A DNA stretch of 64,000 nucleotides from Candidatus Nanoarchaeia archaeon (GCA_038874075.1 JAVZDD010000003.1:25488-89487); one strand, 5' to 3'. Counted from the stretch's first letter, positions 26,947-40,396 are shown. Notes: generated from the letters alone by a model not told the origin. Made by a program: numbers and translations.

Positions 26947-28559
26947 GGAGAATTATCTTAATATTAACTATTCTTTTGTTAATTGAAACATCACTTGCAT
27001 TAGAACCAGTAATATCTGTTTCGCCAGTACAAGTGAATAAATCAGTTCTAATACTAGGTAAAATATCAAACTTTTTTGAAGTTTTCACATTTGATGGAAA
27101 TGAATCTGCAAACATAACATTCAGCACAGAAGGTGAAATTGCTGGTTGGATAAAATTACAAGATAATTCAATTATGATCGGACCTAATAGCAGCAGGAAA
27201 GTATACTACACGATCAATGTGCCAAGGACAAATCCAGGAACGTATGGTGGGAAAATTAAGTTAGCAACGAGTAAGGGCCAAGTAGATGAGATCAATTTGA
27301 CGATAAGTACCAGTTATGCATTAGGTAAATTTGTGATTGAAGGTTTATCTGGAAATAAAATTGTTTCCAATTTTTCTGTTTTTGTTTATAAAAACAATGA
27401 TCTTATCTATCACGATTCAACGTCAAACGGATATTTAATTTCGGACTACTTCCCATATGGCGAGTACAAAGTTATTGTTAGAAGTGATTTTTTTTATGAA
27501 GCATCCAAAAATATTTTTTTGAATGCACCAGAGATAGTATTGCTTTACAATTTGACGAGAGTTCCAACAATCTCAATCAAACTAATTCCCGAACAAGTAG
27601 TGATGGATGTGTGCGAAACAGAAACTGGTTCATTTTCAATCACGATAAAGAATGATGGCGAAGAGGATTTTAATGCAAGTGTAAGATATGATGATAAACT
27701 TATAAAGCCAGAGATTGAACAAATGAAAATTTCATCCAAAAATTCTTTTAATTTAGGATTCAAGACAAAAAAATTGAGTGAAGGCAATTACACAACAACA
27801 ATAGGTATCGGCAATGAGAATTTGACGAGAAATGTTTCATTAAATTTGCGGATTATACCTCTCTCACAATGTAGCATTACACAGATTGCAGAAATAAAAG
27901 TGAGAGACAGGGTAGAAGTCGCTAAGAATTATATTTCACCAATCGTGGTCATTGTAAGAGCAAATCAAAAATTGGGAACGCTGATCATCAGTGTGAAATC
28001 CAAATTTTTCACTGAGGTCTATCCACAAAATTATTTAAATTTGAAGATTGACGAAGAAGCACCATTTTTGATTCGAATAATTCCAAATGAAACAACGAAT
28101 GATACGCTGCTAATAAGTTTAAGAAGCAATGTTGGTGAAATGAGTGATGTGGTAAGCGTTTCTGTTTATGATTCATTGAATAAGGAGATTGTTGGGAGAG
28201 AAATAAATGATACAAGGGAGCTCCTGAATAATATTAGATCGAAAATCATTCAAAAAGGCATTCTGGGAGAAAGGATTGATGAGCCAATGCTTTTGGTCGG
28301 TGAGTATTTAACAAAACTAGATATGGCTTCAACATTGTACGAAAGCGACCTAAAAAGTGCAAAAGAATACGTTGATATGGCCACAGTTGGTGCAAGACAA
28401 ATGCTGGTTGACTATGTAGCAGTAACGGAAGTTAAAAAAACAAATTATGCGATTATCATTCTCGTTCTGATCATTATTGCATTCATTGCTACCTTACTGT
28501 ACTGGAAGTTCATTCTTCCAAAAAGGAAAAAAGAAGAAGCTGAGAGAAAGGGATTTTAA
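26943..28559 (+). CDS. Large type-I anchored surface protein with the same architecture as ORF 24973 but no Pro/Gly linker
   Basis: ORF track. ATGA overlap with the upstream gene. It has a signal peptide, an Ig-like domain (WIKLQDNSIMIGPNSSRKVYYTINVPRTNPGTYGGKIKL), a CarboxypepD_reg-like segment, a helical stalk, and a TM (YAIIILVLIIIAFIATLLYW) followed by a basic tail. Confidence 0.85.
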   Translation: MRRIILILTILLLIETSLALEPVISVSPVQVNKSVLILGKISNFFEVFTFDGNESANITFSTEGEIAGWIKLQDNSIMIGPNSSRKVYYTINVPRTNPGTYGGKIKLATSKGQVDEINLTISTSYALGKFVIEGLSGNKIVSNFSVFVYKNNDLIYHDSTSNGYLISDYFPYGEYKVIVRSDFFYEASKNIFLNAPEIVLLYNLTRVPTISIKLIPEQVVMDVCETETGSFSITIKNDGEEDFNASVRYDDKLIKPEIEQMKISSKNSFNLGFKTKKLSEGNYTTTIGIGNENLTRNVSLNLRIIPLSQCSITQIAEIKVRDRVEVAKNYISPIVVIVRANQKLGTLIISVKSKFFTEVYPQNYLNLKIDEEAPFLIRIIPNETTNDTLLISLRSNVGEMSDVVSVSVYDSLNKEIVGREINDTRELLNNIRSKIIQKGILGERIDEPMLLVGEYLTKLDMASTLYESDLKSAKEYVDMATVGARQMLVDYVAVTEVKKTNYAIIILVLIIIAFIATLLYWKFILPKRKKEEAERKGF

Positions 28560-28720
28560 CCAAATACCTTTGATATGTGTAAAAATATTACGAAAATAAT
28601 TACGATGATTGTTAACACGATCACCATCTCTGGTTTTAGAGGTATCTTACTTTTGTATTCATTGTAATAGGTGATTATACCCCCATAACTTGATGGTAAG
28701 GCAATTTTATCTTCTGCCAT
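28556..28720 (-). CDS. secG: Preprotein translocase subunit Sec61beta (archaeal SecG), 54 aa; below the ORF-track length cut-off
   Basis: Hand translation: MAEDKIALPSSYGGIITYYNEYKSKIPLKPEMVIVLTIIVIIFVIFLHISKVFG. The pattern (S..GG[IL]..Y[YF].E....I...P..V, then a tail-anchor TM) is typical of archaeal Sec61beta. Confidence 0.7.
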   Translation of the reverse strand: MAEDKIALPSSYGGIITYYNEYKSKIPLKPEMVIVLTIIVIIFVIFLHISKVFG

Positions 28721-28763
28721 GCTTTCCACTTAATTAATTTAACATTAAAAATCTTTTCATTAG

Positions 28764-28871
28764 AATTGGGGGCACAAGAACTCGCTATTATCCTTGTTCT
28801 TTGTAAATAATGCAAGTACTTACATAAACAATGGACGGAGTCCTTTTGATATTCAATTTGTGCCCCCAGTT
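28764..28871. repeat. Long-range GC-rich inverted repeat (14-bp arms enclosing 80 nt with internal hairpins); candidate structured RNA of unknown class
   Basis: aattgggggcacaa (28764-28777) pairs with ttgtgcccccagtt (28858-28871), giving 13 Watson-Crick pairs plus 1 G-U. Inner hairpins include GGAC-gga-GTCC. It lies in the divergent intergenic region between secG and the TrmB gene. Confidence 0.35.
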
Positions 28872-28930
28872 AACTTAGGCCACATTTAGAATTCAGCACT
28901 TCATCGTTAGTTCTAACTAAAATCAATAAA

Positions 28931-28979
28931 TATATAAATTTTTGTTACCAAATTATTTGTTACTTTGGTAACAAAAATT
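28931..28979 (+). promoter_or_regulatory. TATA-like box (tatataaa) followed by a 16-nt-arm inverted repeat; candidate autoregulatory operator of the TrmB-family gene
   Basis: aatttttgttaccaaa (28937-28952) is the exact reverse complement of tttggtaacaaaaatt (28964-28979), with an 11-nt spacer. The predicted TSS (about 25 nt after the TATA box) falls inside the repeat. ATG at 29005. Confidence 0.45.
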
Positions 28980-29004
28980 TTATTTAAGGTAAAGTGAAGG
29001 AAAA

Positions 29005-29865
29005 ATGAAAATTTTTGAGGAAGATGTAATCAAAATATTGAATGATCTTGGATTAACAAATTATGAAGCCCGGGTATACCTAACACTCATCTCTCTCGGA
29101 GCTATGACTGCAACACAGCTAAGTTTTCAAGCAAAGATTCCTAGGCCAAAGGTTTATGGTGCAATCAGAAAGCTCGTTGAAAAAGGTTTGGTTTTTATTC
29201 TTCCAGAAAAACCAGAAAAATACACCGGTGCAAGTCCAAGCATATTTTACTCGATTCTCGAAGACAGAGCAAGACAAATTAGAACAACAAATACAATCAT
29301 TAAAATTTTGGAGAAAAAATACAAAGAAATGAAACGCTCAGAATATGAAAGTGAACGAGAAATACTCGTAATTAAGGGAAGGGAAAACATATATCAAAAA
29401 ATAAAAGAGGCCGCAAATAGGATGAGGAAAGAAGCGCTATTACTCACGACTGCAAATGGCTTGATAAGGACATATAGAGGTTTTAAAGATTTGATCGCGA
29501 AGAAAAAAGGCAAAGGAATTAATCTTAAAATAATAACTTGCATCAATCAGTTTAACTATGAATTTGTTGAAAAATTGATTTCACTTAGCCCAAAAGAAAT
29601 ACAAATAAGACACATGAATGAATTAACAAAAATGAGGATTCTGATCATAGATAATAAAGAGATGATTTTATTCGAGGCAGTACCAGATAATATAAGTACG
29701 AGTAGCATGGCAGATATTGGTATATGGACAAATTCAAAATCATTTTTGAGTTTAATGAAATACTGTTTTTATGCATATTGGGAGAGAGCGAGTGATGCTT
29801 TAGAAGTTATAAAAAAGATAGAGAAAAATCAAAGGGGTGGCAGGGCTGTAGCCCGTCTTCTGTAA
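29005..29865 (+). CDS. TrmB-family transcriptional regulator
   Basis: The N-terminus (LGLTNYEARVYLTLISLGAMTATQLSFQAKIPRPKVYGAIRKLVEKGLV) matches the TrmB wHTH pattern. The last about 11 codons read into the antisense RNase P RNA gene. Confidence 0.85.
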   Translation: MKIFEEDVIKILNDLGLTNYEARVYLTLISLGAMTATQLSFQAKIPRPKVYGAIRKLVEKGLVFILPEKPEKYTGASPSIFYSILEDRARQIRTTNTIIKILEKKYKEMKRSEYESEREILVIKGRENIYQKIKEAANRMRKEALLLTTANGLIRTYRGFKDLIAKKKGKGINLKIITCINQFNYEFVEKLISLSPKEIQIRHMNELTKMRILIIDNKEMILFEAVPDNISTSSMADIGIWTNSKSFLSLMKYCFYAYWERASDALEVIKKIEKNQRGGRAVARLL

Positions 29866-30128
29866 GGGAGCTATACAGCATTCCCTTCTTTAGCATTCGA
29901 CTTAGCGTTTTAAACTTGCACCGACTGGGTCGGCCGTTTCAACTTACTTTGAGATTCTTCAGCTTCGCCAGCATCACAAACATTTCACAAAGCAGTCTCG
30001 TTTCTGATCCGTTGCCATCCTTTTACGGATGAGCATTGCTGCTCCAGTCTTTTTTTGGGTGGACGGACTTCCTCAGCACTTTTGGTTTTATCCAAAAGCA
30101 CCGACAGCTAAACACCCCACCACCCTTC
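29832..30128 (-). ncRNA. rnpB: RNase P RNA (archaeal type), about 297 nt
   Basis: GC-rich island. The minus-strand RNA contains GCUGAGGAAGUCCGUCC (CR-I-like, compare GAGGAAAGUCCG) and ACAGAAGACGGGCUACAG (CR-V-like, compare ACAGAA..CGGCUUA). These can form P4 (AGUCCG with CGGGCU). The termini pair as P1 (AAGGGUGGUGGGG with CCCUGCCACCCCUU). Confidence 0.75.
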
Positions 30129-30165
30129 TCGTCTAATTAAATCTTTTACTTTTTAAGATTTTTGA

Positions 30166-30516
30166 TTATACAGAGGATTGCACCAAATTACTAAGTTCCT
30201 GTCTTTTGCTTTGTTCTAGTTTATTTTCTATCCCCGCTTTCTTCCTCTTCTCTTTTACCTTTCTGTAAATTTCGTATCCAATGAAAGTAGTTAGAAAAGC
30301 CGGTGGACTTAGCATGTAAGCTCCAAGACCAGTGAATAGTGCAGCCAGCGCATACTTCTTTTCATTTTTTTTGTCATTGCCACTCCTGTATTTAATAGAT
30401 TTGCGTGCAAGTTCGGAGGTTGGAATAGCGAGAACTGCACCTAATGCGTGTCTTGCAATCTCTATTGTTAATGCGGGTGGAAATCCAGCAGCCAATGTTG
30501 ACAAATAATCCTGCAT
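30166..30516 (-). CDS. Hypothetical small membrane protein (116 aa)
   Basis: ORF track. It has two hydrophobic segments and a K/E-rich C-terminus. I recognise no family. Confidence 0.55.
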   Translation of the reverse strand: MQDYLSTLAAGFPPALTIEIARHALGAVLAIPTSELARKSIKYRSGNDKKNEKKYALAALFTGLGAYMLSPPAFLTTFIGYEIYRKVKEKRKKAGIENKLEQSKRQELSNLVQSSV

Positions 30517-30604
30517 TTTTGATCAATAGAAACTACTACTTAGTAATTAATAAATTTTACTCTTTAACTGACTTGGCAATTTGAACTGATAAAGAAATAA
30601 TAGA

Positions 30605-33589
<2,985 letters not shown>

Positions 33590-33829
33590 ATTAGAACATT
33601 AACTGTGTTTGAAACAGCACAGTTTCTGTTCCTTGAATCTTACTTCACGACCTTTTGGTCATGAAGCGCATGATGAACATGAAAATGGATTGGAAATGAT
33701 TGACAACAAATTGAAGCTCACACTAAAATCATCGCAGAAAAATGCTCAATTAGCAGCTAACCATATGCATCACTTCAGTTCATTTATTACGCTTGCATCC
33801 TTTAAAAACTTTTCGTTTTTTACTTAGAA

Positions 33830-36172
33830 TCAAAGTACAAAATTCAATTTTTTGATGTTATGCATTTGCCTCAGATCATCCTTAAAAATTTCTAATTCTT
33901 TTGGAGCATCAAATTCATCCAGTTTTTCATTCAATGCCATTCCCTTTTCTTTCTTATACTTCCAAACCGATGAATTGAGAGTGACGATTTTTTCTGTAAA
34001 ATTGATTAACTGCTTGCTTACTTTTATTTTTCCTGGCAATCTTTCATGGTGGACACTTTTATTATATAATTCTCGATAGATCTTATCCGTGATGAATGGA
34101 CAAATTGGTGCAAATAACCTTAGGAGAATTTCCAAGCAAAAGTGGAGTGTGTATATTGCAGATTTATCTCCTTCGTATGCCCTCGATTTCACCATTTCTA
34201 TGTAATGCGGTGCGAACAAATTCCAAACAAATCCACGGATCGCCTGTGCAGGTATGCTGAAATCAAGTTCATTATATCCATTCAAACATTTCTCTATTAC
34301 CTCATTCAATTCAGCAATTATCCATTCATCACTTTTTTTCATCTTCTTTGGCTTCTTACAATTCTTGAAGCATGAGATGAACCTAGCCACGTTCCAGAAC
34401 TTTGTTAGAAATTTGAAAGCACCATTCACTCTCTCCTCATTGTATCTAAAATCAGAGCCAAGTGAAGCTTCGCTCACACTCCACAATCTAAGCGCATCTC
34501 CACCATATTTATCTAACACAGGTTGTGGTAGCACGATATTACCTAGGCTCTTACTCATTTTCTGTCCTTTTTCATCAACACCCAAACCTGAGATCCATAC
34601 ATATTTAAAAGCTGGTTTTTTGAAAAGTTGGTATGCTCTGAGCAATGTGTAATACAACCATGTCCTCACGATTTCCTTTCCTTGTGGTCTAATCGAGCAT
34701 GGGAATGTTCTTTTGAAAAGTTCATCGTCCCTCATATAACCACAAACAACCAGTTCAGATATACTTGAATCGAACCATGTATCAAATGTCCTTGTCTCTC
34801 CAACGAATTCGTTACTGCCACACTTACATCTCTTTATTGGAGGTTTCTCCTTCCATGGTTGATAGTAATTCCCAGGTTTTGGTAGAAAGACTTCTTTACA
34901 ATTCTTACAATACCAGATTGGAATTTCTGTTCCATAGTATCTCCTTCTTGAAATCGGCCAATCGATTGTAATTGAATTCATCCAATCAATTAAGTATTGC
35001 TTTGATTCTGGTGGATGAAACTTTATTTTATCCACAATTTTTCTTAACTCATCTAAAAATTCAATTTGTTTTAAGTAAAATTCTTTCATGTTCACAAATT
35101 CAATTGGATTCTTTGACCTCCAACAGATAGGTGTTCGATGCATGATCTTTTCTTCTTTTTCAATTAAACCCATTTCTTTTAAGTCAGAGATTATTTTTTC
35201 TCTTGCTTGCTCTACTTTCATTCCTTTGTATTTTCCACTTACATCAGTCATTTCACCTTTCTCATTTATTGCATATATTGGTTTGAGTTTCAATTCTCTA
35301 AACAAGCGAACATCGGAGTAATCACCATAACTACAGATCATCACGAGTCCTGTTCCAAATTCTGGTTTTGCATATTCATGTGATCTCACTTCAACAACAT
35401 TCTCGTAAATCGGTACGATCAAATGCTTACCTTCCAACTCTTTGTATCTTGAATCGCTTGGATTGAAAATAACGCAAGCACAGGCACATAAGAGCTCAGG
35501 TCTCGTTGTTGCAATTACAACATCCTCATTCGTTTCCTTTACCTTGAACTTCAGATAGACCAACTTTGTCTCCATCTCTTTATATTCAATCTCAGCATCA
35601 GCAATCGTTGTTCTACAAACTGGGCAATAATTCGTTGGTCTTTCATCCTCGTATATTAAACCTTTTTTCCATAGTTCAATGAATGTCGCCTGTGTTATTT
35701 TTCTATAGCTCGGCCAATCAGTCCTATAGTAAAAATTAGAATATCCAATACCACTCCTCTCCATTACTTTCAACATTTCTTTTTCAAGTTCATCAAGTGC
35801 AGTGCTGCACAATTGAATAAACTTTTCTCTTGGAACTTCATGTAATTTTATTTTGTACTTTTTTTCTGTGTAAACTTCAACAGGTAAACCATTCCTATCA
35901 ATTCCACATGGGAAAAGAACCTCATAACCCTTCATTCTCATCGTCCTGGCAATCATGTCTATCTGTGAATAATGCGCGCTTGCACCAATATGCCATGTGC
36001 CACTCGGATATGGAGGAGGCGTATCAATTGTAAAAATTTTTTTCTTTGTTTTTTTATTGAAATCATAAATTTTTTCTTTCTTCCAAATTCTAATTATCTC
36101 CTCTTCAATCTTAGGATTCCATGATTTCTCCTTTATTTTTGGTTTGAGCATCAAAAATGATAAAATATACAA
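33830..36172 (-). CDS. valS: Class Ia aminoacyl-tRNA synthetase, most likely valyl-tRNA synthetase
   Basis: IDTPPPYPSGTWHIGASAHYSQIDMIARTMRMKGYEVLFPCGIDRNGLPVE covers the HIGH region. KMSKS is present (GQKMSKSLGN), as are DWPISRRRYYGTEIPIWYC and Zn-type CPVC/CKNC pairs. The 780-aa length fits archaeal ValRS better than LeuRS or IleRS. The real start may be Met8 (MLKPKIKE). Confidence 0.75.
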   Translation of the reverse strand: MYILSFLMLKPKIKEKSWNPKIEEEIIRIWKKEKIYDFNKKTKKKIFTIDTPPPYPSGTWHIGASAHYSQIDMIARTMRMKGYEVLFPCGIDRNGLPVEVYTEKKYKIKLHEVPREKFIQLCSTALDELEKEMLKVMERSGIGYSNFYYRTDWPSYRKITQATFIELWKKGLIYEDERPTNYCPVCRTTIADAEIEYKEMETKLVYLKFKVKETNEDVVIATTRPELLCACACVIFNPSDSRYKELEGKHLIVPIYENVVEVRSHEYAKPEFGTGLVMICSYGDYSDVRLFRELKLKPIYAINEKGEMTDVSGKYKGMKVEQAREKIISDLKEMGLIEKEEKIMHRTPICWRSKNPIEFVNMKEFYLKQIEFLDELRKIVDKIKFHPPESKQYLIDWMNSITIDWPISRRRYYGTEIPIWYCKNCKEVFLPKPGNYYQPWKEKPPIKRCKCGSNEFVGETRTFDTWFDSSISELVVCGYMRDDELFKRTFPCSIRPQGKEIVRTWLYYTLLRAYQLFKKPAFKYVWISGLGVDEKGQKMSKSLGNIVLPQPVLDKYGGDALRLWSVSEASLGSDFRYNEERVNGAFKFLTKFWNVARFISCFKNCKKPKKMKKSDEWIIAELNEVIEKCLNGYNELDFSIPAQAIRGFVWNLFAPHYIEMVKSRAYEGDKSAIYTLHFCLEILLRLFAPICPFITDKIYRELYNKSVHHERLPGKIKVSKQLINFTEKIVTLNSSVWKYKKEKGMALNEKLDEFDAPKELEIFKDDLRQMHNIKKLNFVL

Positions 36173-36235
36173 AAATTAAAACTTTTTTACAGGGATAAAG
36201 TTTTAATTGAATGGAAATTGATTTCTATTTAGAAA

Positions 36236-36565
36236 ATGCCCGTTGATTACAAAGAGCTATACGAAACGAATTTGGCACTGAGAAAGATAAAGTGCCCGAG
36301 ATGCAGAAATTACACACTCATCGCCTCTCCATCTCTTTTAAGCACGACAATCATCATTACCTGTGAATATTGTAATTATACACCGAATGAGGATGAACTT
36401 AAAGAAATAAATGAGAATGTGAGAAAAGAGATTCAAAGGAGAAAGATTGAGAAGACGATTTTAGGTCCAACCACACCCGAAACATTATGCGCTCATGAAA
36501 GATTGACAAAGGTGAAGGAGAACATTTACAGGTGTGAAGAATGTGGTAAAATATTTAGTTTTTGA
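36236..36565 (+). CDS. Small zinc-ribbon protein (two CxxC pairs at each end)
   Basis: ORF track. CPRC...CEYC and C(AHE)...CEECGK. Confidence 0.6.
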   Translation: MPVDYKELYETNLALRKIKCPRCRNYTLIASPSLLSTTIIITCEYCNYTPNEDELKEINENVRKEIQRRKIEKTILGPTTPETLCAHERLTKVKENIYRCEECGKIFSF

Positions 36566-36613
36566 GATTTTAACTCTACTTAATTTATGACATCATCCTT
36601 CTTAAATAATCTA

Positions 36614-36685
36614 TGGACCGGCTGGGATTCGAACCCAGGGCATCGAGCTTGCAAAGCTCGCGTCATACCACTAGACCACCGGCCC
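36614..36685 (-). tRNA. tRNA-Ala (UGC)
   Basis: Reverse complement is GGGCCGGTGGTCTAGTGGTATGACGCGAGCTTTGCAAGCTCGATGCCCTGGGTTCGAATCCCAGCCGGTCCA. It folds as a cloverleaf, with anticodon loop TTTGCAA and the G3:U70 identity pair. Confidence 0.9.
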
Positions 36686-36726
36686 ACGAATTAATTAATT
36701 TCTCTAAAATTATAAGTTTTGCTGAA

Positions 36727-37581
36727 TTATTTTATCCCTGCTGGAATTTCTAGATCAGTAACATTAACATAATCTACCCTTTCGATGATGATATATCCTT
36801 CAGCATAACCTGCTTCGCTACCTGTCCTAATAATACTTTCTAATAAGATACCATGCTCGCTCTCAAAACAAATAGAAGCGTTTATATCCGGCATAAATTT
36901 TGTAGCATTTGGATATATTATCTCACCCAATTTCTTTATACCAATTGGGTTATAATAAAAACCAATTTTTTCACAATTTTTTTCAGCAATCGTTTTGTTT
37001 CCAAGATACTTTATTTCAATTAATGGCAGTGAGGAAAAATATTTGTAGATATCTGGATTCAAAAGTTCTAAAATATCCTTTCTTTTTATTGTGGATGTGC
37101 TGCAGTTCCACGGAAGCTCATCCAGACCAATACAACCAAGTGAAACATCACTGATATTTCCACGTGCACAATCAATCACTTTACCTGCCTCTTCGTATGA
37201 AAATACTTCACATGGAATTGTATAGTTCTCTTGTGTTTTATTTCCAGAAATCATCCGAGCAATTTTAAACAACATATTAGAAATTTCTTCAAAACTGAAG
37301 TCCTTTGATATGTTTATCACCTTCATGCTTTTTCTTTCACCATTTTTTCTACTCAAATTAAATTCCAATTCAATTACGTTCTCTGTAAAAGGATCATGTA
37401 TCTTTAACACCATTCTACCATCCAAACTCAAAGATTCAGTTTCATTAAATTTTTTAGAAGCTTTATTCACTATGTTTCTAGCCTCGTTTGATTCTCTACT
37501 TAGGACAAAGATAAAACTACCAATTACTACAACACCCAACAGTAAAACTATAATGATGGGTACAATTGCTTTTTTGTTCAT
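36727..37581 (-). CDS. N-terminally anchored hypothetical extracytoplasmic protein (284 aa)
   Basis: ORF track. TM segment is AIVPIIIVLLLGVVVIGSFIFVL. I recognise no family. Confidence 0.7.
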   Translation of the reverse strand: MNKKAIVPIIIVLLLGVVVIGSFIFVLSRESNEARNIVNKASKKFNETESLSLDGRMVLKIHDPFTENVIELEFNLSRKNGERKSMKVINISKDFSFEEISNMLFKIARMISGNKTQENYTIPCEVFSYEEAGKVIDCARGNISDVSLGCIGLDELPWNCSTSTIKRKDILELLNPDIYKYFSSLPLIEIKYLGNKTIAEKNCEKIGFYYNPIGIKKLGEIIYPNATKFMPDINASICFESEHGILLESIIRTGSEAGYAEGYIIIERVDYVNVTDLEIPAGIK

Positions 37582-37701
37582 AGTCTATTAATAATTTTTA
37601 TCATTTAAATCTATTATTAGAAGAAATTGTCCTACTACTTAGTAGATTAAATTGAAACAAGTTTCAGAATAAAGTTTTGGTGCCTAACTAGAAAATAAAA
37701 A

Positions 37702-39218
<1,517 letters not shown>

Positions 39219-39382
39219 TGCGCAAGGCCTACTTCTTTCTAGCTAGGTTTCACCAACTACATTATACTGAGATATCTTACCTCAGTACTCATGATTTTAG
39301 CCACAGATGGAGAACAGCTTTTCATAATTCGAATTTTATTCGAACTTCTAAGCCAACGCCGCCATTATCTGTGGCATCCATT

Positions 39383-39412
39383 TATAAATCTTACCCAATA
39401 TATAAATCTTAC
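39383..39412 (-). promoter_or_regulatory. Tandem direct repeat GTAAGATTTATA x2 (minus-strand reading), each with a TTTATA box; candidate tandem 16S promoters
   Basis: tataaatcttac occurs at 39383-39394 and again at 39401-39412, 165-195 nt upstream of the 16S 5' end. Confidence 0.35.
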
Positions 39413-39579
39413 GTTTTCCCTTATAAGCTTTTCCCATCATTTTTCTCATTGACTCATCGTATCAAAATTTTTTTAAATCAAAATATAAGATTTAAAACTT
39501 GGTGAGAACATGGCAAAGAAAAAGGCAAAAAAGAAAAAACAACTTTACTACAAAGGTAAAGAAGTTAAATCTGAAGCAG

Positions 39580-40392
39580 TCAGTCCCTGTTGTAAATAAA
39601 GTTTGGTATGCATTTTTTATTTTTTAATGGATCAAAATTTTCAATCTCTTTGAATTTCAGAGGAATACAAATCCTTGAGACCATTCCATGGAGTGAAAAA
39701 GGTAATCTAATCAATCGCATTTCACCGATCGTAACCCATTCATCAATTGCAAAACCCTTTTTCAAAATTTCGTCTGCAATTTTCTTCCTTTCTTCTTTCC
39801 TCAAGAAATATGCATTCTTATCAAGCACGTGTAAGTGAATTCCTCTTCCAGAATATGTAAGTTTTATTTTAGAGAAATTTTTTTTCAATTCATCATAAAG
39901 CTTGATTGCTTGTCTTTTCACAATACCAAACTCAAACATACAGAAACTGAGACCCTGTTTTTTCATCATCTTTTTTTCTATATCCCCATGGTACGGACAT
40001 TTAACATTTTCAGGATCGATGTCAAACGCAAGTTCTTGTCCAATGAAATTCTTGCAATCAAAACATTTTTTATGCCCAAGTTCACATTTTCTGCAAATTT
40101 CCAATTTATCATATATATTTCTATCGTAATAAACACTCTCAGGTAAAAACCTCAATATTTTTCTTTTTAGATCAAATAGATTTTTATGATCATCAATTAT
40201 GATCGTGTCATTTGCTATTCTTTTGAATTCTTCTGGAAAGATTTTGGTGTGCCTACCAATGATGCAAGCAAAAACTGTACTTTTCCTATCTTTTAACCAA
40301 TTTGCTACGCCTTTTAAATTAAATTCATCCTCATAAAATTCTTTTCTTTCCTCGAGTGAAGAATATCTCATTCCTTTTGGCAATTTATACAT
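39580..40392 (-). CDS. priS: DNA primase small (catalytic) subunit PriS, archaeo-eukaryotic primase family
   Basis: AEP motifs ELAFDIDPEN (motif I) and YSGRGIHLHVLD (motif II). Zn-knuckle CRKCELGHKKCFDCKNF. Confidence 0.8.
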   Translation of the reverse strand: MYKLPKGMRYSSLEERKEFYEDEFNLKGVANWLKDRKSTVFACIIGRHTKIFPEEFKRIANDTIIIDDHKNLFDLKRKILRFLPESVYYDRNIYDKLEICRKCELGHKKCFDCKNFIGQELAFDIDPENVKCPYHGDIEKKMMKKQGLSFCMFEFGIVKRQAIKLYDELKKNFSKIKLTYSGRGIHLHVLDKNAYFLRKEERKKIADEILKKGFAIDEWVTIGEMRLIRLPFSLHGMVSRICIPLKFKEIENFDPLKNKKCIPNFIYNRD

Positions 40393-40396
40393 AGGA

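Noticed and set aside
28764-28871. Possibility that the GC-stemmed element is the missing 5S rRNA
   Set aside because: It is too short (about 108 nt including the stem), and neither strand shows the conserved loop motifs that I recall for 5S (CCGAAC / GAAGUUAAGC). It is kept only as an unknown candidate RNA.
29832-30128. SRP (7S) RNA as an alternative identity for the roughly 300-nt GC-rich RNA
   Set aside because: There is no SRP domain IV-like motif. CR-I-like GAGGAAGUCCG and CR-V-like ACAGAAGACGGGCUA with P4 pairing favour RNase P RNA.
33609-33827. 72-aa plus-strand ORF between 23S and valS
   Set aside because: It lies in the 23S upstream leader/promoter region and is antisense to the transcription direction of both neighbours. 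No motif. Probably spurious.
33830-36172. Non-canonical HIGH motif (WHIGASAH instead of H-x-G-H) in the ValRS-like enzyme
   Set aside because: I cannot align it rigorously by eye, and a His follows three residues later (SAH). There is not enough evidence to claim a catalytic-motif variant.
39510-39599. 29-aa basic ORF MAKKKAKKKKQLYYKGKEVKSEAVSPCCK with a GGTGA Shine-Dalgarno-like element 4 nt upstream
   Set aside because: The start is faintly reminiscent of ribosomal protein S27ae, but the ORF stops before any zinc ribbon. It overlaps the 3' end of priS by 20 nt and lies in the 16S upstream region. Too short to support. It could be a remnant.
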